A DNA stretch of 64,000 nucleotides from an uncultured delta proteobacterium (GCA_963767925.1 CAVYGB010000004.1:32001-96000), one strand, 5' to 3'; numbered from the stretch's first letter, positions 9,115 to 18,920 are shown. A program made the numbers and translations. Notes: generated by a model not told the origin, from the sequence alone.

Positions 9115-10599
9115 GTGGCGGGCGTGACCGGGCTCCTCGATCGGGTTCGTAGCTCGCCTCGCTTCCGGATCTTTGGTGCCTACGTCGTTGCCACCGGCCT
9201 CCAGCGGGTCTCCGGCGTGATCTTGATTCCGATCGCGACCCGGTACATCTCGCCGGTCGAATACGGAATCCTGGCGACCAGCCAGGCCGTCGCCAGTCTC
9301 TTCTTTCTCCTGTGTTTCATGAGCCTGCAGGACCCGCTGTACCTGGAGGCCGTCAAGCATCGGGACAGCGTCGATCGCTTTGCCGCCACGGCCGTCACGT
9401 TACAGCTCCTCCTGCTTGGAACGAGCGTGGCCCTCGCCCTGGCGGTCGGGGCTTTCGTTGGCTCCGAAGCGTTCTTCGGGGTCCCTTTCATGCCGAACCA
9501 GTTCACGGCCCTGCTGGGGACTCTCGTCGGCATCTTTCCGCTGACCTACTTGCAGTTCCTGCAGGCTCGTGACCGGGTCCGGGAGTTCGTGCTCCTCAGC
9601 CTCGGCATGTCCGTGTTGCCCATCGCCCTGACGATCCTGTTCCTGACCGTCTACCGGATGCAGTCGATGGGCTTTCTTCTCGCGACGCTGGCCGGGAATG
9701 CATTGGCGGCCGTGTACGTGATCGCGGTGCTCCTTCGTCCCTGCGGTCTGATCCTCGACCGCACCCTGGCGATACAGATGCTTCGGACCTCGATTCCCCT
9801 GGTGCCGCACAACCTCGCGTACTGGATCCGGACCGCGGTGAACCGATTGCTCCTGGCCAAATACATGGGAACCGCGGAGGCCGGCCTCTTCCATGTCGCC
9901 AACCAGCTCGCCAGCGTTCTGCTCCTGGGTATCGAACCGTTTCGGAGCGCGAACAATCCACGCTTCTTCCGGCTCGTCGGCATGGGAGCCGACCCACAAC
10001 GAATTACCGGAATCTTGCCGGTTTCCCTCGGGGTGTTCGCCTTGCTAGGGCTTGGGCTGAGCCTGTGGGCCAGGGAGGCCTTTCTGCTGGTGGCAGGGGC
10101 CAACTTCCAGGCGGCGCACGTTCTCATTCCCTTCCATTGCACCGCCTTCCTCCTGGTTCTCTTCTACTACAACCTCGTGAACGTCCTTTATCTGCACAAG
10201 CGAGGCTGGCTGCTCTCGATCTCCTCGATCTCGGCCGGCGCCCTCTCGATCCTCGCGAGCTTCTTGCTGGTGAAGACGATGGGCCTCTGGGGGGCTTGCG
10301 TGGCGTTCGTGGTGGCCAATGGCGTCACGACGGGGGCCATCCTGGTCAGCAGCCAGCGCACCCAACCGTTGCCGTGGGCGGTCGGCAAGAGCTTCATCCT
10401 CACCCTCCTCCCGCTGTCCACCTATGCGGTGGAGCGCGGCACGACCCTCGCTCCTTTCGCGATCAGAGGTCTGTTCTTCCTGGGAGGTGTTCTGACCGTG
10501 GCGATCCTTGTGGCGAGGGAGCTGCGGCAGCAACTCTCTCCACCCGTGCCGGTTGCTGAACCTCCTCCGCCCAGCGGGAACGACCCTTCCTCCAGATGA
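9115..10599 (+). CDS. Oligosaccharide flippase (Wzx / MOP-PST family)
   Basis: Many hydrophobic helices; ILIPIATRYISPVEYG, SIPLVPHNLAYWI, AGLFHVANQLAS. Confidence 0.85.
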   Translation: MAGVTGLLDRVRSSPRFRIFGAYVVATGLQRVSGVILIPIATRYISPVEYGILATSQAVASLFFLLCFMSLQDPLYLEAVKHRDSVDRFAATAVTLQLLLLGTSVALALAVGAFVGSEAFFGVPFMPNQFTALLGTLVGIFPLTYLQFLQARDRVREFVLLSLGMSVLPIALTILFLTVYRMQSMGFLLATLAGNALAAVYVIAVLLRPCGLILDRTLAIQMLRTSIPLVPHNLAYWIRTAVNRLLLAKYMGTAEAGLFHVANQLASVLLLGIEPFRSANNPRFFRLVGMGADPQRITGILPVSLGVFALLGLGLSLWAREAFLLVAGANFQAAHVLIPFHCTAFLLVLFYYNLVNVLYLHKRGWLLSISSISAGALSILASFLLVKTMGLWGACVAFVVANGVTTGAILVSSQRTQPLPWAVGKSFILTLLPLSTYAVERGTTLAPFAIRGLFFLGGVLTVAILVARELRQQLSPPVPVAEPPPPSGNDPSSR

Positions 10600-12601
10600 G
10601 GTATTCGACGGCGCCCGCGCCATAGACGACCGGAAAGCGGCTGACGAGCTGCAGGTCATGCCCGCGGCTGAAATCCTCGAGCAGGCTGGCTGGCAGCGAG
10701 ACGAGGAAACGATGGGGTCCGGCGAGCCAGGCCTGCGCGGCCCGCCAGGTCAGGGACGTGTCGGGGCAGTAGTCGAAGACGATGTGACCCCCTTGGCGAC
10801 AGACTCGAACGGCCTCCTCGAGGTACTCGAGCGTCTGCAGGACGGGCAGGTAGACGAAGACGCCATGGGCATGCACGAGATTGCACGAACCACTCGGCGT
10901 CGGTCGCAACGTCCGTCCGTCGGCGTCGTGACAGACGAGGGAGCTATCGGGCAGGGAGCCATAGGTGGAGCGGAGGTGCCGGATCCAGCCCCTGTTGGTT
11001 TCGTAGACTTCGTAAGATTGCGGACGAGCGCTCACCACGACCTTCTCCAGATACCGCCCGGTGCCCGCGCCGACCTCGCAGACCGAGCGCACCCCTCGAA
11101 ACACCCCCGCCCCCTCCATCGCCTTGATGATGGCGTCGCGCCGGCCCTTCTTGGAGGCGTCGTCCTCCTGGGATTCGAGGTAGTCGCAGACGCTGAGTCC
11201 CCTGCGCTGAGCCGCCTTGACCGTCGAGCGCGCGTCGATGAACCCCAATCCGGCAAATCCCAGGCCACCGGACAGCCTCACGGCGACCGACCGTGCCTTC
11301 TTCTTCGCGGCTCGCCAGAGCCGCGGGCCCAGGGAGCCGAGCACCGTGAGCTCTCTCAGAATCCGGTCCCCTTGATCGCCGGGACGGGTGGAGCGTACCC
11401 CCGAGTCGAGAATGCGACCGATCTCTGCCACGCCTACCTCGGCGGCGCGTCCTGGATTGTAGAGGAGACAGCCAGGGAGCTCGGAGCGACGGCGAGGGTA
11501 CGCCTCGGGATGTGCCAGAATCTCTTCGACCGCGGTCGAGAGCTCCCGGGGACTGGAGACCACGACCCCGAATTCCCGTCCGCCGTTGATGGTGGCCCGA
11601 TTCATTAGCTCCCCCAGGTTCTTCCCCGGGAAGAGCCGCGGCAGCATGTGCTCGTAGTACCTGGGCGTGTCGATGAAGACGACCGGCCGTCCCAGGGCGA
11701 GGAACTCGAAGCTGACGCTGGAGATGCAGGTGACCAGGACGTCTGCGCTGGCCAGAAAGGGGTCGACCTCCAACCCCCTGACCAGCCGGAAGTTCCTGTG
11801 ATCACGCTCGAGCCGGCCAATGACCTCGAACCAATCGATCCCCCCGGTCGCCGCCAGATCGGTGGTCGGCCGCGTGCAGTCGATCGGGAGCTTGGCCAGG
11901 ACGTTGTGATCGGGATTCGAGCACAGAGTGGCGAGAATCTGGACGCCGTATTCGCGCATGGAGGCGCCTTCGTTGAAGGCGGGGGCGTACAGAATCGTCG
12001 GTCTGGTCGGGTCCAGACCGAGCTGGAGGAGGATCTGCTTCCGGTCGAAACGTCCGGAGAGCAGGTCGTCTGACTTCGCATACCCGATCTCGAAGAGCCG
12101 GAGGTGCGGCGGCAGCTCCCGACCGCTGTCGGCGAGGTGCTCGTCGAGCGCGCGCCGTTGCAGCGGGCCGTACAGGAAGAGGGCGTCGTTGGCGACCAGC
12201 GGGTCATATCCGGGCAGCCGAAACGTGAGGCCCTTGGAGGGCTGGCCGTGAAAGAGCGTCAACGTGTAGACCGTGCCCGGACCGGGTACGAACTGCTCAC
12301 TCGTGATGTAGAGGTCGAGCCGGCGAAAGACCGACCAGTGGAGCACCCGGAAGCTGACCGGCAGGATGCGTCCCCGCAGCTCCTCCGGAAAGAGCGCCTC
12401 GAGCTGGCGGGTGGGAACTTCGCGGTGGAAAAGAAGGATCAAGTCGGCGGGTCGGGTGCGGGCGTGGCGAAGGAGCACCGGGCGGATGAACTGCCATTCG
12501 CCGAGGGACGCCAGGTCGTAGCCGATCGCGCGCCGCCCTCCCTTGCCAGGCAGGCACCGCGCAGCCGCGAGAGCCTGGTTCGCGAGCTCCAGGGGGTTCA
12601 T
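10463..12601 (-). CDS. CDP-glycerol glycerophosphotransferase (TagB/TagF-like) domain fused to class I SAM methyltransferase
   Basis: FHGQPSKG, IGYAKSD, ILYAPAF, ADVLVTCISSVSFEFLALGRPVVF; C-terminal VCEVGAGTGRY and LEEAVRVCRQGG. Confidence 0.82.
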   Translation of the reverse strand: MNPLELANQALAAARCLPGKGGRRAIGYDLASLGEWQFIRPVLLRHARTRPADLILLFHREVPTRQLEALFPEELRGRILPVSFRVLHWSVFRRLDLYITSEQFVPGPGTVYTLTLFHGQPSKGLTFRLPGYDPLVANDALFLYGPLQRRALDEHLADSGRELPPHLRLFEIGYAKSDDLLSGRFDRKQILLQLGLDPTRPTILYAPAFNEGASMREYGVQILATLCSNPDHNVLAKLPIDCTRPTTDLAATGGIDWFEVIGRLERDHRNFRLVRGLEVDPFLASADVLVTCISSVSFEFLALGRPVVFIDTPRYYEHMLPRLFPGKNLGELMNRATINGGREFGVVVSSPRELSTAVEEILAHPEAYPRRRSELPGCLLYNPGRAAEVGVAEIGRILDSGVRSTRPGDQGDRILRELTVLGSLGPRLWRAAKKKARSVAVRLSGGLGFAGLGFIDARSTVKAAQRRGLSVCDYLESQEDDASKKGRRDAIIKAMEGAGVFRGVRSVCEVGAGTGRYLEKVVVSARPQSYEVYETNRGWIRHLRSTYGSLPDSSLVCHDADGRTLRPTPSGSCNLVHAHGVFVYLPVLQTLEYLEEAVRVCRQGGHIVFDYCPDTSLTWRAAQAWLAGPHRFLVSLPASLLEDFSRGHDLQLVSRFPVVYGAGAVEYLIWRKGRSRWAEEVQQPARVERVAAAAPSPQGSPRSEHLPGRTDL

Positions 12602-13305
12602 TGAACGGGCGCCTCACCTCGGAGGGCCAGGTCGACGGCGTACCGGGCCAGCTCCGCGCTGGAATCCACCATCGGGAGGAGGGTGTCGAGCTGAGGCAAA
12701 CATGCGAACTCGGTGCAGGCCAGGAGCACCGCCTGGGCGCCCTTGTCGCGCGCCGCCTGCGCGCAGACTTCGGTCATGGTATGGACCGCCGCGCTGGTAA
12801 CCTCGCCCAGCTTGAGGCTCTCGATCACCCGTTCGACCTCACGCTGGACGTCGGCGCCATGATCGACGAGGGCCTTCCCCTGCGCTTCCAGGGCAGCGGC
12901 GTACGTCCGACGTGAATACGTGACGTGTCCACCGAAGACAGCGACCCTGCTGGCTTCGGGAGATCTTTGGGCGAGGGCCGCCGCCGCGATGTCACGGATG
13001 TCGAGCAGCCGGACGCGAAGCTGCGGCTGGATCTCCGGTAGGAAGATGACCGCGCTGTTGCAGGGCACAGCGATGAAGTCCACCGGGTACGCCTCCAGCT
13101 TGCGACAGCTCTCGAGCATGGCCGGAGCAGGAGAGGCCTCGCCGAACAGGACGTGCCGGGTACGGCTCGGGATGTGAGGGTTGTCGTCGATGATGATCCG
13201 GACATGCTCCCAGTCCTTCCTGGCGGGCGTTGCCTGCAAGAGGCTGCGGAAGAAGGCCAGGGTCGCATACGGGCCCATGCCGCCGAGGACGCCGATCGTC
13301 CGCAT
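12598..13305 (-). CDS. Aspartate/glutamate racemase family protein (PLP-independent)
   Basis: TIGVLGGMGPYAT, IPSRT, and both catalytic Cys motifs (VPCNS, LACTE). Confidence 0.9.
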   Translation of the reverse strand: MRTIGVLGGMGPYATLAFFRSLLQATPARKDWEHVRIIIDDNPHIPSRTRHVLFGEASPAPAMLESCRKLEAYPVDFIAVPCNSAVIFLPEIQPQLRVRLLDIRDIAAAALAQRSPEASRVAVFGGHVTYSRRTYAAALEAQGKALVDHGADVQREVERVIESLKLGEVTSAAVHTMTEVCAQAARDKGAQAVLLACTEFACLPQLDTLLPMVDSSAELARYAVDLALRGEAPVQ

Positions 13306-13315
13306 CGGTCGCCTG

Positions 13316-14113
13316 TCATGAAAGGTGGAAGCGGAGGAAGTCATGGCTAAAGTCCAGGGTTTCGCCGCTGGGACGAAACACGCTCGAAGAAAGTCCCGTG
13401 AGGACCCGCAGGAGGGCAAATGAGCCGGGCGACGTGGCTTTCACACACCACCTGGCCAGGCGGGAGCGGAGGAGGAGCTGAACAGGCCAGGGGAAGACCA
13501 GGAATCGATAGCTCGGGCGCTGATAGTCGCACTTCAGGCCAGCCCGTTCGAACAGCCGGATCAGCTCCGGTCCGGTCCGATAGATCGAGAAGTAGTGGGC
13601 TGTATCCGTGACGGTGCGGGCCCGTCTGTGCAGGGTGCTTCGATCGACCACCAGGGCCCCGGGCGACAGCCTGCGAACCAGGCCCTGCAGGGCCGCGACG
13701 AGCTCTTCATCGCGAAGATACTGGGTCACGCCGCTCAGATAGAGAATGTCGACGGGAACCGCCGGCGCGTATTCGGTGGCGGATGCCTCGACGAGGGTCA
13801 CGTTCAGGAGTTCCAGCTCACGCGCTCTCTGGCGCGCGACTTCGAGAGCTTCGTGGGAGAAATCGACGCCGATATACTGCTTCACGAGCCCGGCGAGGGA
13901 CGCCACCCATCGCCCGGTACCGCAACCAAGCTCGACGACCGTCGCCTGGTCGTGGAAGGGAATGATCCGGAGCAGATGCGCGAGCTCTTCGTGATGTCGG
14001 TAGAGAACCTCTGTCTGTCCTGCTCCGCCAATCCCGGCGACGCCAGCGATCTCGGGCTGCCGGCTCGTCTCGCTGGCCCAGAAGGCCAGGTTCACGCGCC
14101 CCGGCGCCGTCAT
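13316..14113 (-). CDS. Class I SAM-dependent methyltransferase
   Basis: VVELGCGTGRW, IGVDFS, LSPGALVV; ATG 14113 overlaps the upstream stop (ATGA). Confidence 0.88.
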   Translation of the reverse strand: MTAPGRVNLAFWASETSRQPEIAGVAGIGGAGQTEVLYRHHEELAHLLRIIPFHDQATVVELGCGTGRWVASLAGLVKQYIGVDFSHEALEVARQRARELELLNVTLVEASATEYAPAVPVDILYLSGVTQYLRDEELVAALQGLVRRLSPGALVVDRSTLHRRARTVTDTAHYFSIYRTGPELIRLFERAGLKCDYQRPSYRFLVFPWPVQLLLRSRLARWCVKATSPGSFALLRVLTGLSSSVFRPSGETLDFSHDFLRFHLS

Positions 14114-15324
14114 GCTGCGCCGTCCGGGGAGCCGAGAATCAAACGGGGGACCACCTCCAACGACGAGATGGGTGGGGTCGCCAGACACGATGGCTCCGTG
14201 AAGGGGTGGCCGCTGGCGGTGTTCAACCCGGCGCCATGAGCGGCGTAGGGGACGAGATCGCCCGTGTGTTTGCCGTCGCGGCACCGGGTGTTGTGGTCGC
14301 CACAGACCACCAGGCGGTAGTTGCCCTTGTGGGCGCTCTCCAGCTCTCGCAGGATCGGGCCGAGGATGAGCGCGTCCGCCTTCTCGATGGCCGTGACCTT
14401 TCCTCTGAAGCTCCGCTGATGCGCCTCCTCGTCGGTGGCATTGAGGTGCGTGAGCACCAGATCGAAATCACGCAGGTACCGCAGCGTGTATTCCGCCTTC
14501 GCCTGATAGTTCGTGTCGATGTAACCGGTCGCGCCGGGGATGACATCGAAGTGGATGCCGGCGGCCATCGAGATACCGTGCAGGAAATCGAGGCCGCCCA
14601 CGCAGGCCGCGCGGAGCCCGGTGCGACTCTTGAATGTGGGCCAGACCGGTTTTCGGGAGGGGCTCCAGACCCAGAGCATGTTCGCCTCGATACCTTCCGG
14701 CAGATCCATGCCGGCGATCTGGCGCTGCGAATCCAGCAAGAACCTCCGCAAGTCCTCACATAGGTTGCGCGTCTTGCCCTCATCCGTGGTGGGCAGGTTG
14801 GCGCCGACCGGCTCTCCGATCCGCATATGGGGTTCCCCGCACCTGAGCGTCATCGGATCGACGCCCGTCCGGCGGATGATGAGGAGGTTTCGATAGCTTT
14901 GCCCGGGATACAGCTCCCAGTCGTCGAACGGGAGCTTGACCTTCGAAATCAGGGTGCGCGCGTCGCTGTCGCTGATCAGGCCGGCGGTGAAGTCGGTGAG
15001 GATCTGCTGTTCCAGGTCGACCGTGATCGTGTTGCAGCGGAGGATCAAGTCCTGGGGGTCGAGGGGGATCCCCTTCGCCATCGCCTCGAAGCCGGCCCGC
15101 CCGCCCGGGTAGTAGGCGCTCGGCTCGTACCCGAGCAGGCCCATGATGCACACCATGCTCTCGATCGGGTAGCCCGGAAACGTCGTTTGCAGGCAACCGA
15201 TCCGGCCCCGGCTGGCGATGTAATGCAGGTTGGGAGCAAAGGCCGCTTCCAGTGGGGTTCGGTGTCCCAGTTCGGGAATGGGATCGTCACCGAGCCCATC
15301 CAGAATCACGAGGACCGTCTTCAT
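14110..15324 (-). CDS. ApgM-like cofactor-independent phosphoglycerate mutase / phosphotransferase (alkaline phosphatase superfamily)
   Basis: VILDGLGD, TPLEAA, IESM (candidate phospho-Ser), LLGYEP, GRAGFEA, HLNATDEEAH, CGDHNT, HTGDLVP. Confidence 0.85.
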   Translation of the reverse strand: MKTVLVILDGLGDDPIPELGHRTPLEAAFAPNLHYIASRGRIGCLQTTFPGYPIESMVCIMGLLGYEPSAYYPGGRAGFEAMAKGIPLDPQDLILRCNTITVDLEQQILTDFTAGLISDSDARTLISKVKLPFDDWELYPGQSYRNLLIIRRTGVDPMTLRCGEPHMRIGEPVGANLPTTDEGKTRNLCEDLRRFLLDSQRQIAGMDLPEGIEANMLWVWSPSRKPVWPTFKSRTGLRAACVGGLDFLHGISMAAGIHFDVIPGATGYIDTNYQAKAEYTLRYLRDFDLVLTHLNATDEEAHQRSFRGKVTAIEKADALILGPILRELESAHKGNYRLVVCGDHNTRCRDGKHTGDLVPYAAHGAGLNTASGHPFTEPSCLATPPISSLEVVPRLILGSPDGAA

Positions 15325-16067
15325 GAGAACAGGCGCTCCGCGACCTCGAGATCGGCTGGCGTATCGATCTCTGCCCAGCGGCAGCCCGCGACATCGACTG
15401 CCTGGACCTCCCCCTCGGCGAGGTGGTCGCGGAGGATCAGGTCGTAGTAGTCGCCGCTGCGCTGGGCTTCCATGCCGAGCCGCAGCCAGCCACGGACCTT
15501 GTTGACCCCCTCGCGGGTCAGGCGAAGGACGCCGATCGATTTGCTCTGACCCGACCGCAGCAGGCTGAGGTCCCGCACGATCTCCACCGAGACCGCTCGT
15601 CCATCGCGGCTGGCTTCCACATAGGAGCCATCGAGGTGGCGAAGCGAGGAATCCACGTACCAGAGAATGCCCCCCGGCCTCGCCAGGCTCAGGAGCGCGT
15701 GGTCGAAGAAGACATCCCCCTCCAGCACCCAGGTCGCTTCTTTCTGATGTTCCAGCCCGAGGGCGAGGCTATACATGCTGTTGGTGGTTCGATACTGCGG
15801 GTTCTCGATGTAGCGAACCGACATCCCCAGAAAGCGATTCGAGATCAGCGTTCGAACCATGTCGGCCAGGTGACCGACAACGATCGTGACGGACGTGCAG
15901 CCGTGGGCCGACAGACCTCGCAAGGTGTTCTCGAGGATCCGACGCCCTCTGACCTCGGCGAAACACTTGGGGTGGGAGTCGGTGAAGGGGCGAAGACGCT
16001 TTCCCTCACCGGCGACGAGAACGATCGCCTGCCGGGGAGGGCTGCCGGTCTCCGCCGGGTGGTTCAT
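15321..16067 (-). CDS. LicC-like (phosphocholine cytidylyltransferase family) nucleotidyltransferase
   Basis: AIVLVAGEGKRLRPFT..PKC, NPQYRTTNSMYSL, VLEGDVFF, WAEIDTPADL. Confidence 0.88.
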   Translation of the reverse strand: MNHPAETGSPPRQAIVLVAGEGKRLRPFTDSHPKCFAEVRGRRILENTLRGLSAHGCTSVTIVVGHLADMVRTLISNRFLGMSVRYIENPQYRTTNSMYSLALGLEHQKEATWVLEGDVFFDHALLSLARPGGILWYVDSSLRHLDGSYVEASRDGRAVSVEIVRDLSLLRSGQSKSIGVLRLTREGVNKVRGWLRLGMEAQRSGDYYDLILRDHLAEGEVQAVDVAGCRWAEIDTPADLEVAERLFS

Positions 16068-16242
16068 ACGCCCACCGATGTCGCGATCCGAAAACCTCGC
16101 CCCCTGCACGCCACCACCATCTGGAGATCGTACACGATTCAGCGATCGTCCGCCGGGGCGGCCCGACGCCATACATCTCCGTCTGTGTAGGAGCCCAGAC
16201 CGCTGGAGCGCAGGCTGATGGTCCCCTTCGCGTTCAGCAAGA

Positions 16243-18075
16243 CTAGGGCCGGGGCCGGGGAACGATCTCCCAGATCGGCCGGTCGCTCTCGAGTGCGACG
16301 CGGATGTCGTGGCCGGCGCTGATGCGTTTGGCGAGCGGAGCGGGGACCAGGGCCAGATCGAGGAAGACCCGGCGGCCGCTGGCCAGGAGCTCGGCGGCGA
16401 CGCGGGGGGCGGACTGGCCCCCGTCGAGCCAGGGATCCATCAGCAGCAGGTCGCGGCCGAGGTGCAGGGGGGCAGAGGCGTCCCGGCCCGCGAAGTGGAC
16501 GAAGAGGGCCGCCCGCGCGGGCAAGACGGCGTCCCAGCGTTCGGCGAGGGCGGCAGCGCCGAGCCGGCGGCGGTAGGCGGCGGGCAGGTCGTCGCCCAGG
16601 TGGACGGCAGCGGCCCAGCCCAGGCAGGCGCCGGTGAGGACCGCCATCGCCGCCACCAGCGCCCGCAGGTGATCGAGGCCCAGGCGCAGGGCCAGCAGCA
16701 CGAGCACGCTCGTGCCGGCGAGCAGCAGGGGGATCAGCAGCAGCCCCCGCACGCGCAGGCGCGGATCCAGGTCGGGCCACAACACGAACACCGCGGTGGC
16801 GCTGGCCGCCAGGGCGCCGGCCAGCAGGGCGGGACGGGGGAGCTCGAGGCGATCGAGGCCCAGGCCCAGGGCGAGCGCGCCAGCGGGGACCAGCTCGAGC
16901 AGGTAGCGCTGGTTCGCGCACAGCCCGTCCTGGCGGCTGAAGCCGGAGAGGGCAAACAGCAGCAGCAGGGCCGCCACCGGGATCGACAGCGCGCGCGCCT
17001 CGTCGGCGAGGCCGGGGGGGGCCTGGGCGCGCGGGCGCCATGCGAGCAGGAGCACCACGAGGGCCATCGCCAGCCAGGGGGCCGACTGCAGCAGAGCCTT
17101 CTTGACCGCCCCGTGCACGAGGTACGCGCCCAGCGCGGGGTCGGGCTCCCAGCGCCAGCGATCGGCGCCCGAGCTGCTGGCGCCGCCACCCATGGGCGGG
17201 TGGCTGGAGAAGTCGATCAGCTTGGCATAGAGGACCCGCACGCCCTCGGTGAGGCGGCCGCTCTGCCCCTCGGCCGGGGGGGCGAAGCTGACGTAGCCGG
17301 GGCCCTTGCTGACCGGGTTCCACCAGCCGAGCCGGGCGCGGTTGAGGGCCGAGGCGGCCAGCAGCGGCAGAGCCACGCCGAGGGTGAAGAGGGCGGCGCT
17401 GGGCAGGCGGCGGCGGCCGAACAGGAGCAGGCCCAGCCCGACGGCGACGGCGAAGACGATGTTCTGGTAGCGGATGCCGGTGGCCAGGCCCAGGGCCAGT
17501 CCGGCGGCCAGGGCGGGCCCGAGTCGCTCGCGCTGGCGCGCGCGGGCGGCGAGCACGAGGCTGGCGGCGGCCAGGGCCATGGTCAGGCTGTGGGGCCACA
17601 CGCCCTGGGCGTATTCGATCGAGAAGCCGCCGAGCAGGACGGCGGCGGCGGCGATCCAGGGAGTGGTCCGACGCTGCGAGAAGGCCCGCGACTGCCGCTG
17701 CACCATCCAGATGGTGGCGGCGAAGGCCAGGGCGTTGAGCGCGACAAGGCCGAACCAGCCGAAGGGGGAGAAGGGCCAGGCCAGAAACGCCCAGAGGGGC
17801 GGGGCGGTCGAGACCACCGGCGTCCGGGGTGTGCGGCTCTTGGCCAGCGGATCGAACCAGTACAGCTCGGCGCTGGGGGTGAGGCCGTCGGTGCCGGGCA
17901 GCGAGAGGCGCCCGGCGCGCAGCGACAGCAGGGTCGCCAGGTAGTTGTTCTCGTCGACGATGTAGGCGCCGCGGACGGCGGTCCCCACCAGGAGGACGAC
18001 GAGCAGGGCCAGGGCGCCGGGCAGCAGCAGCCGGCGCGCGCCTGGCAGGGGGCGATTCCAGATCGGGCTACTCAT
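16243..18075 (-). CDS. Polytopic membrane protein, GT-C (ArnT/PMT-like) glycosyltransferase candidate
   Basis: DE motif (VDENNY) after the first TM helix, many TM helices, RYLL motif; lies in a glycan locus. Confidence 0.6.
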   Translation of the reverse strand: MSSPIWNRPLPGARRLLLPGALALLVVLLVGTAVRGAYIVDENNYLATLLSLRAGRLSLPGTDGLTPSAELYWFDPLAKSRTPRTPVVSTAPPLWAFLAWPFSPFGWFGLVALNALAFAATIWMVQRQSRAFSQRRTTPWIAAAAVLLGGFSIEYAQGVWPHSLTMALAAASLVLAARARQRERLGPALAAGLALGLATGIRYQNIVFAVAVGLGLLLFGRRRLPSAALFTLGVALPLLAASALNRARLGWWNPVSKGPGYVSFAPPAEGQSGRLTEGVRVLYAKLIDFSSHPPMGGGASSSGADRWRWEPDPALGAYLVHGAVKKALLQSAPWLAMALVVLLLAWRPRAQAPPGLADEARALSIPVAALLLLFALSGFSRQDGLCANQRYLLELVPAGALALGLGLDRLELPRPALLAGALAASATAVFVLWPDLDPRLRVRGLLLIPLLLAGTSVLVLLALRLGLDHLRALVAAMAVLTGACLGWAAAVHLGDDLPAAYRRRLGAAALAERWDAVLPARAALFVHFAGRDASAPLHLGRDLLLMDPWLDGGQSAPRVAAELLASGRRVFLDLALVPAPLAKRISAGHDIRVALESDRPIWEIVPRPRP

Positions 18076-18839
18076 TCATACCGTCGCAGGCGGGTGAGCT
18101 GCAGGGCGAGGGCGGCGGTGAACTTCGGGTTGTAGAGCAGGTAGCGGCGCCAGAGCCGCCGGGGCTCGGCGGCCAGCCGGAACAGCCACTCCAGACCGTT
18201 GGCCCGCACCCAGGCGGGGGCCTGCCTCTGCCGGTCGGTGAGAAAGTCGAAGGCCGCCCCCACGCCGACCAGCAGGGGCGCGGTCAGGCGCGGGCGGTTG
18301 CGGGCCATCCAGAGGTCCTGCTTGGGCGAGCCGAGCCCCACCCAGACCACGCGCGCGCCCGAGGCGTTGACCTCGTCGATCGAGGTGGCCTCCTCGGCGG
18401 TTGTGAGATCGCGGAACGGCGGGCAGCTCGTCCCCGCCACCGGCAGGCCGGGGAAGCGGGCTCGCAGCCGGTCGGCCAGATCGCGCGCCACCCCGGGCGC
18501 CCCGCCCAGGTAGTACTGGGAGAAACCGCGGCGCGCGCAGACCGCGCTGAGCGCCAGCAGGAGGTCGGGGCCGTACACCCGCTCCACCTGGCGGGCTCCC
18601 AGGGCGCGCAGCGCCCAGACCACCGGCATGCCGTCGGGGGTGACCCAGTCGGCGCCGTTGAGCGCCGCGTGCACGTCCTGCCGCTCGTGGCCCTGCATGA
18701 GCGTGTAGACCGGGCAGCAGCAGGCGTAGGAGCGGCGCCCCTCGGCGATGGCCGCCTCCATCTCCCCGACCGCGGCCGGGAGATTGAAGGCGCTGACCCG
18801 CACCCCCAGGAGGTTGAACCGCCTCGCCACCGCCGTCAC
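18072..18839 (-). CDS. WecB/TagA/CpsF family glycosyltransferase (GT26)
   Basis: PDGMPVVW, RVYGPDL, WVGLGSPKQD, GVGAAFDF, GLEWLFRL..EPRRLWRRY. Confidence 0.93.
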   Translation of the reverse strand: MTAVARRFNLLGVRVSAFNLPAAVGEMEAAIAEGRRSYACCCPVYTLMQGHERQDVHAALNGADWVTPDGMPVVWALRALGARQVERVYGPDLLLALSAVCARRGFSQYYLGGAPGVARDLADRLRARFPGLPVAGTSCPPFRDLTTAEEATSIDEVNASGARVVWVGLGSPKQDLWMARNRPRLTAPLLVGVGAAFDFLTDRQRQAPAWVRANGLEWLFRLAAEPRRLWRRYLLYNPKFTAALALQLTRLRRYE

Positions 18840-18920
18840 CCGTCCCTAGTATGACGGCGCCGTCGTCGGGTTTGTAGGCATATGCCCCCGCTCCGGCAAC
18901 AGGCGAGGAGGCTCGAGGGC

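Noticed and set aside
14110..16067. Phosphonate biosynthesis cluster
   Set aside because: ApgM-like and LicC-like genes occur in such clusters, but no PEP mutase (EDKxxxxxNS) or phosphonopyruvate decarboxylase is in the window
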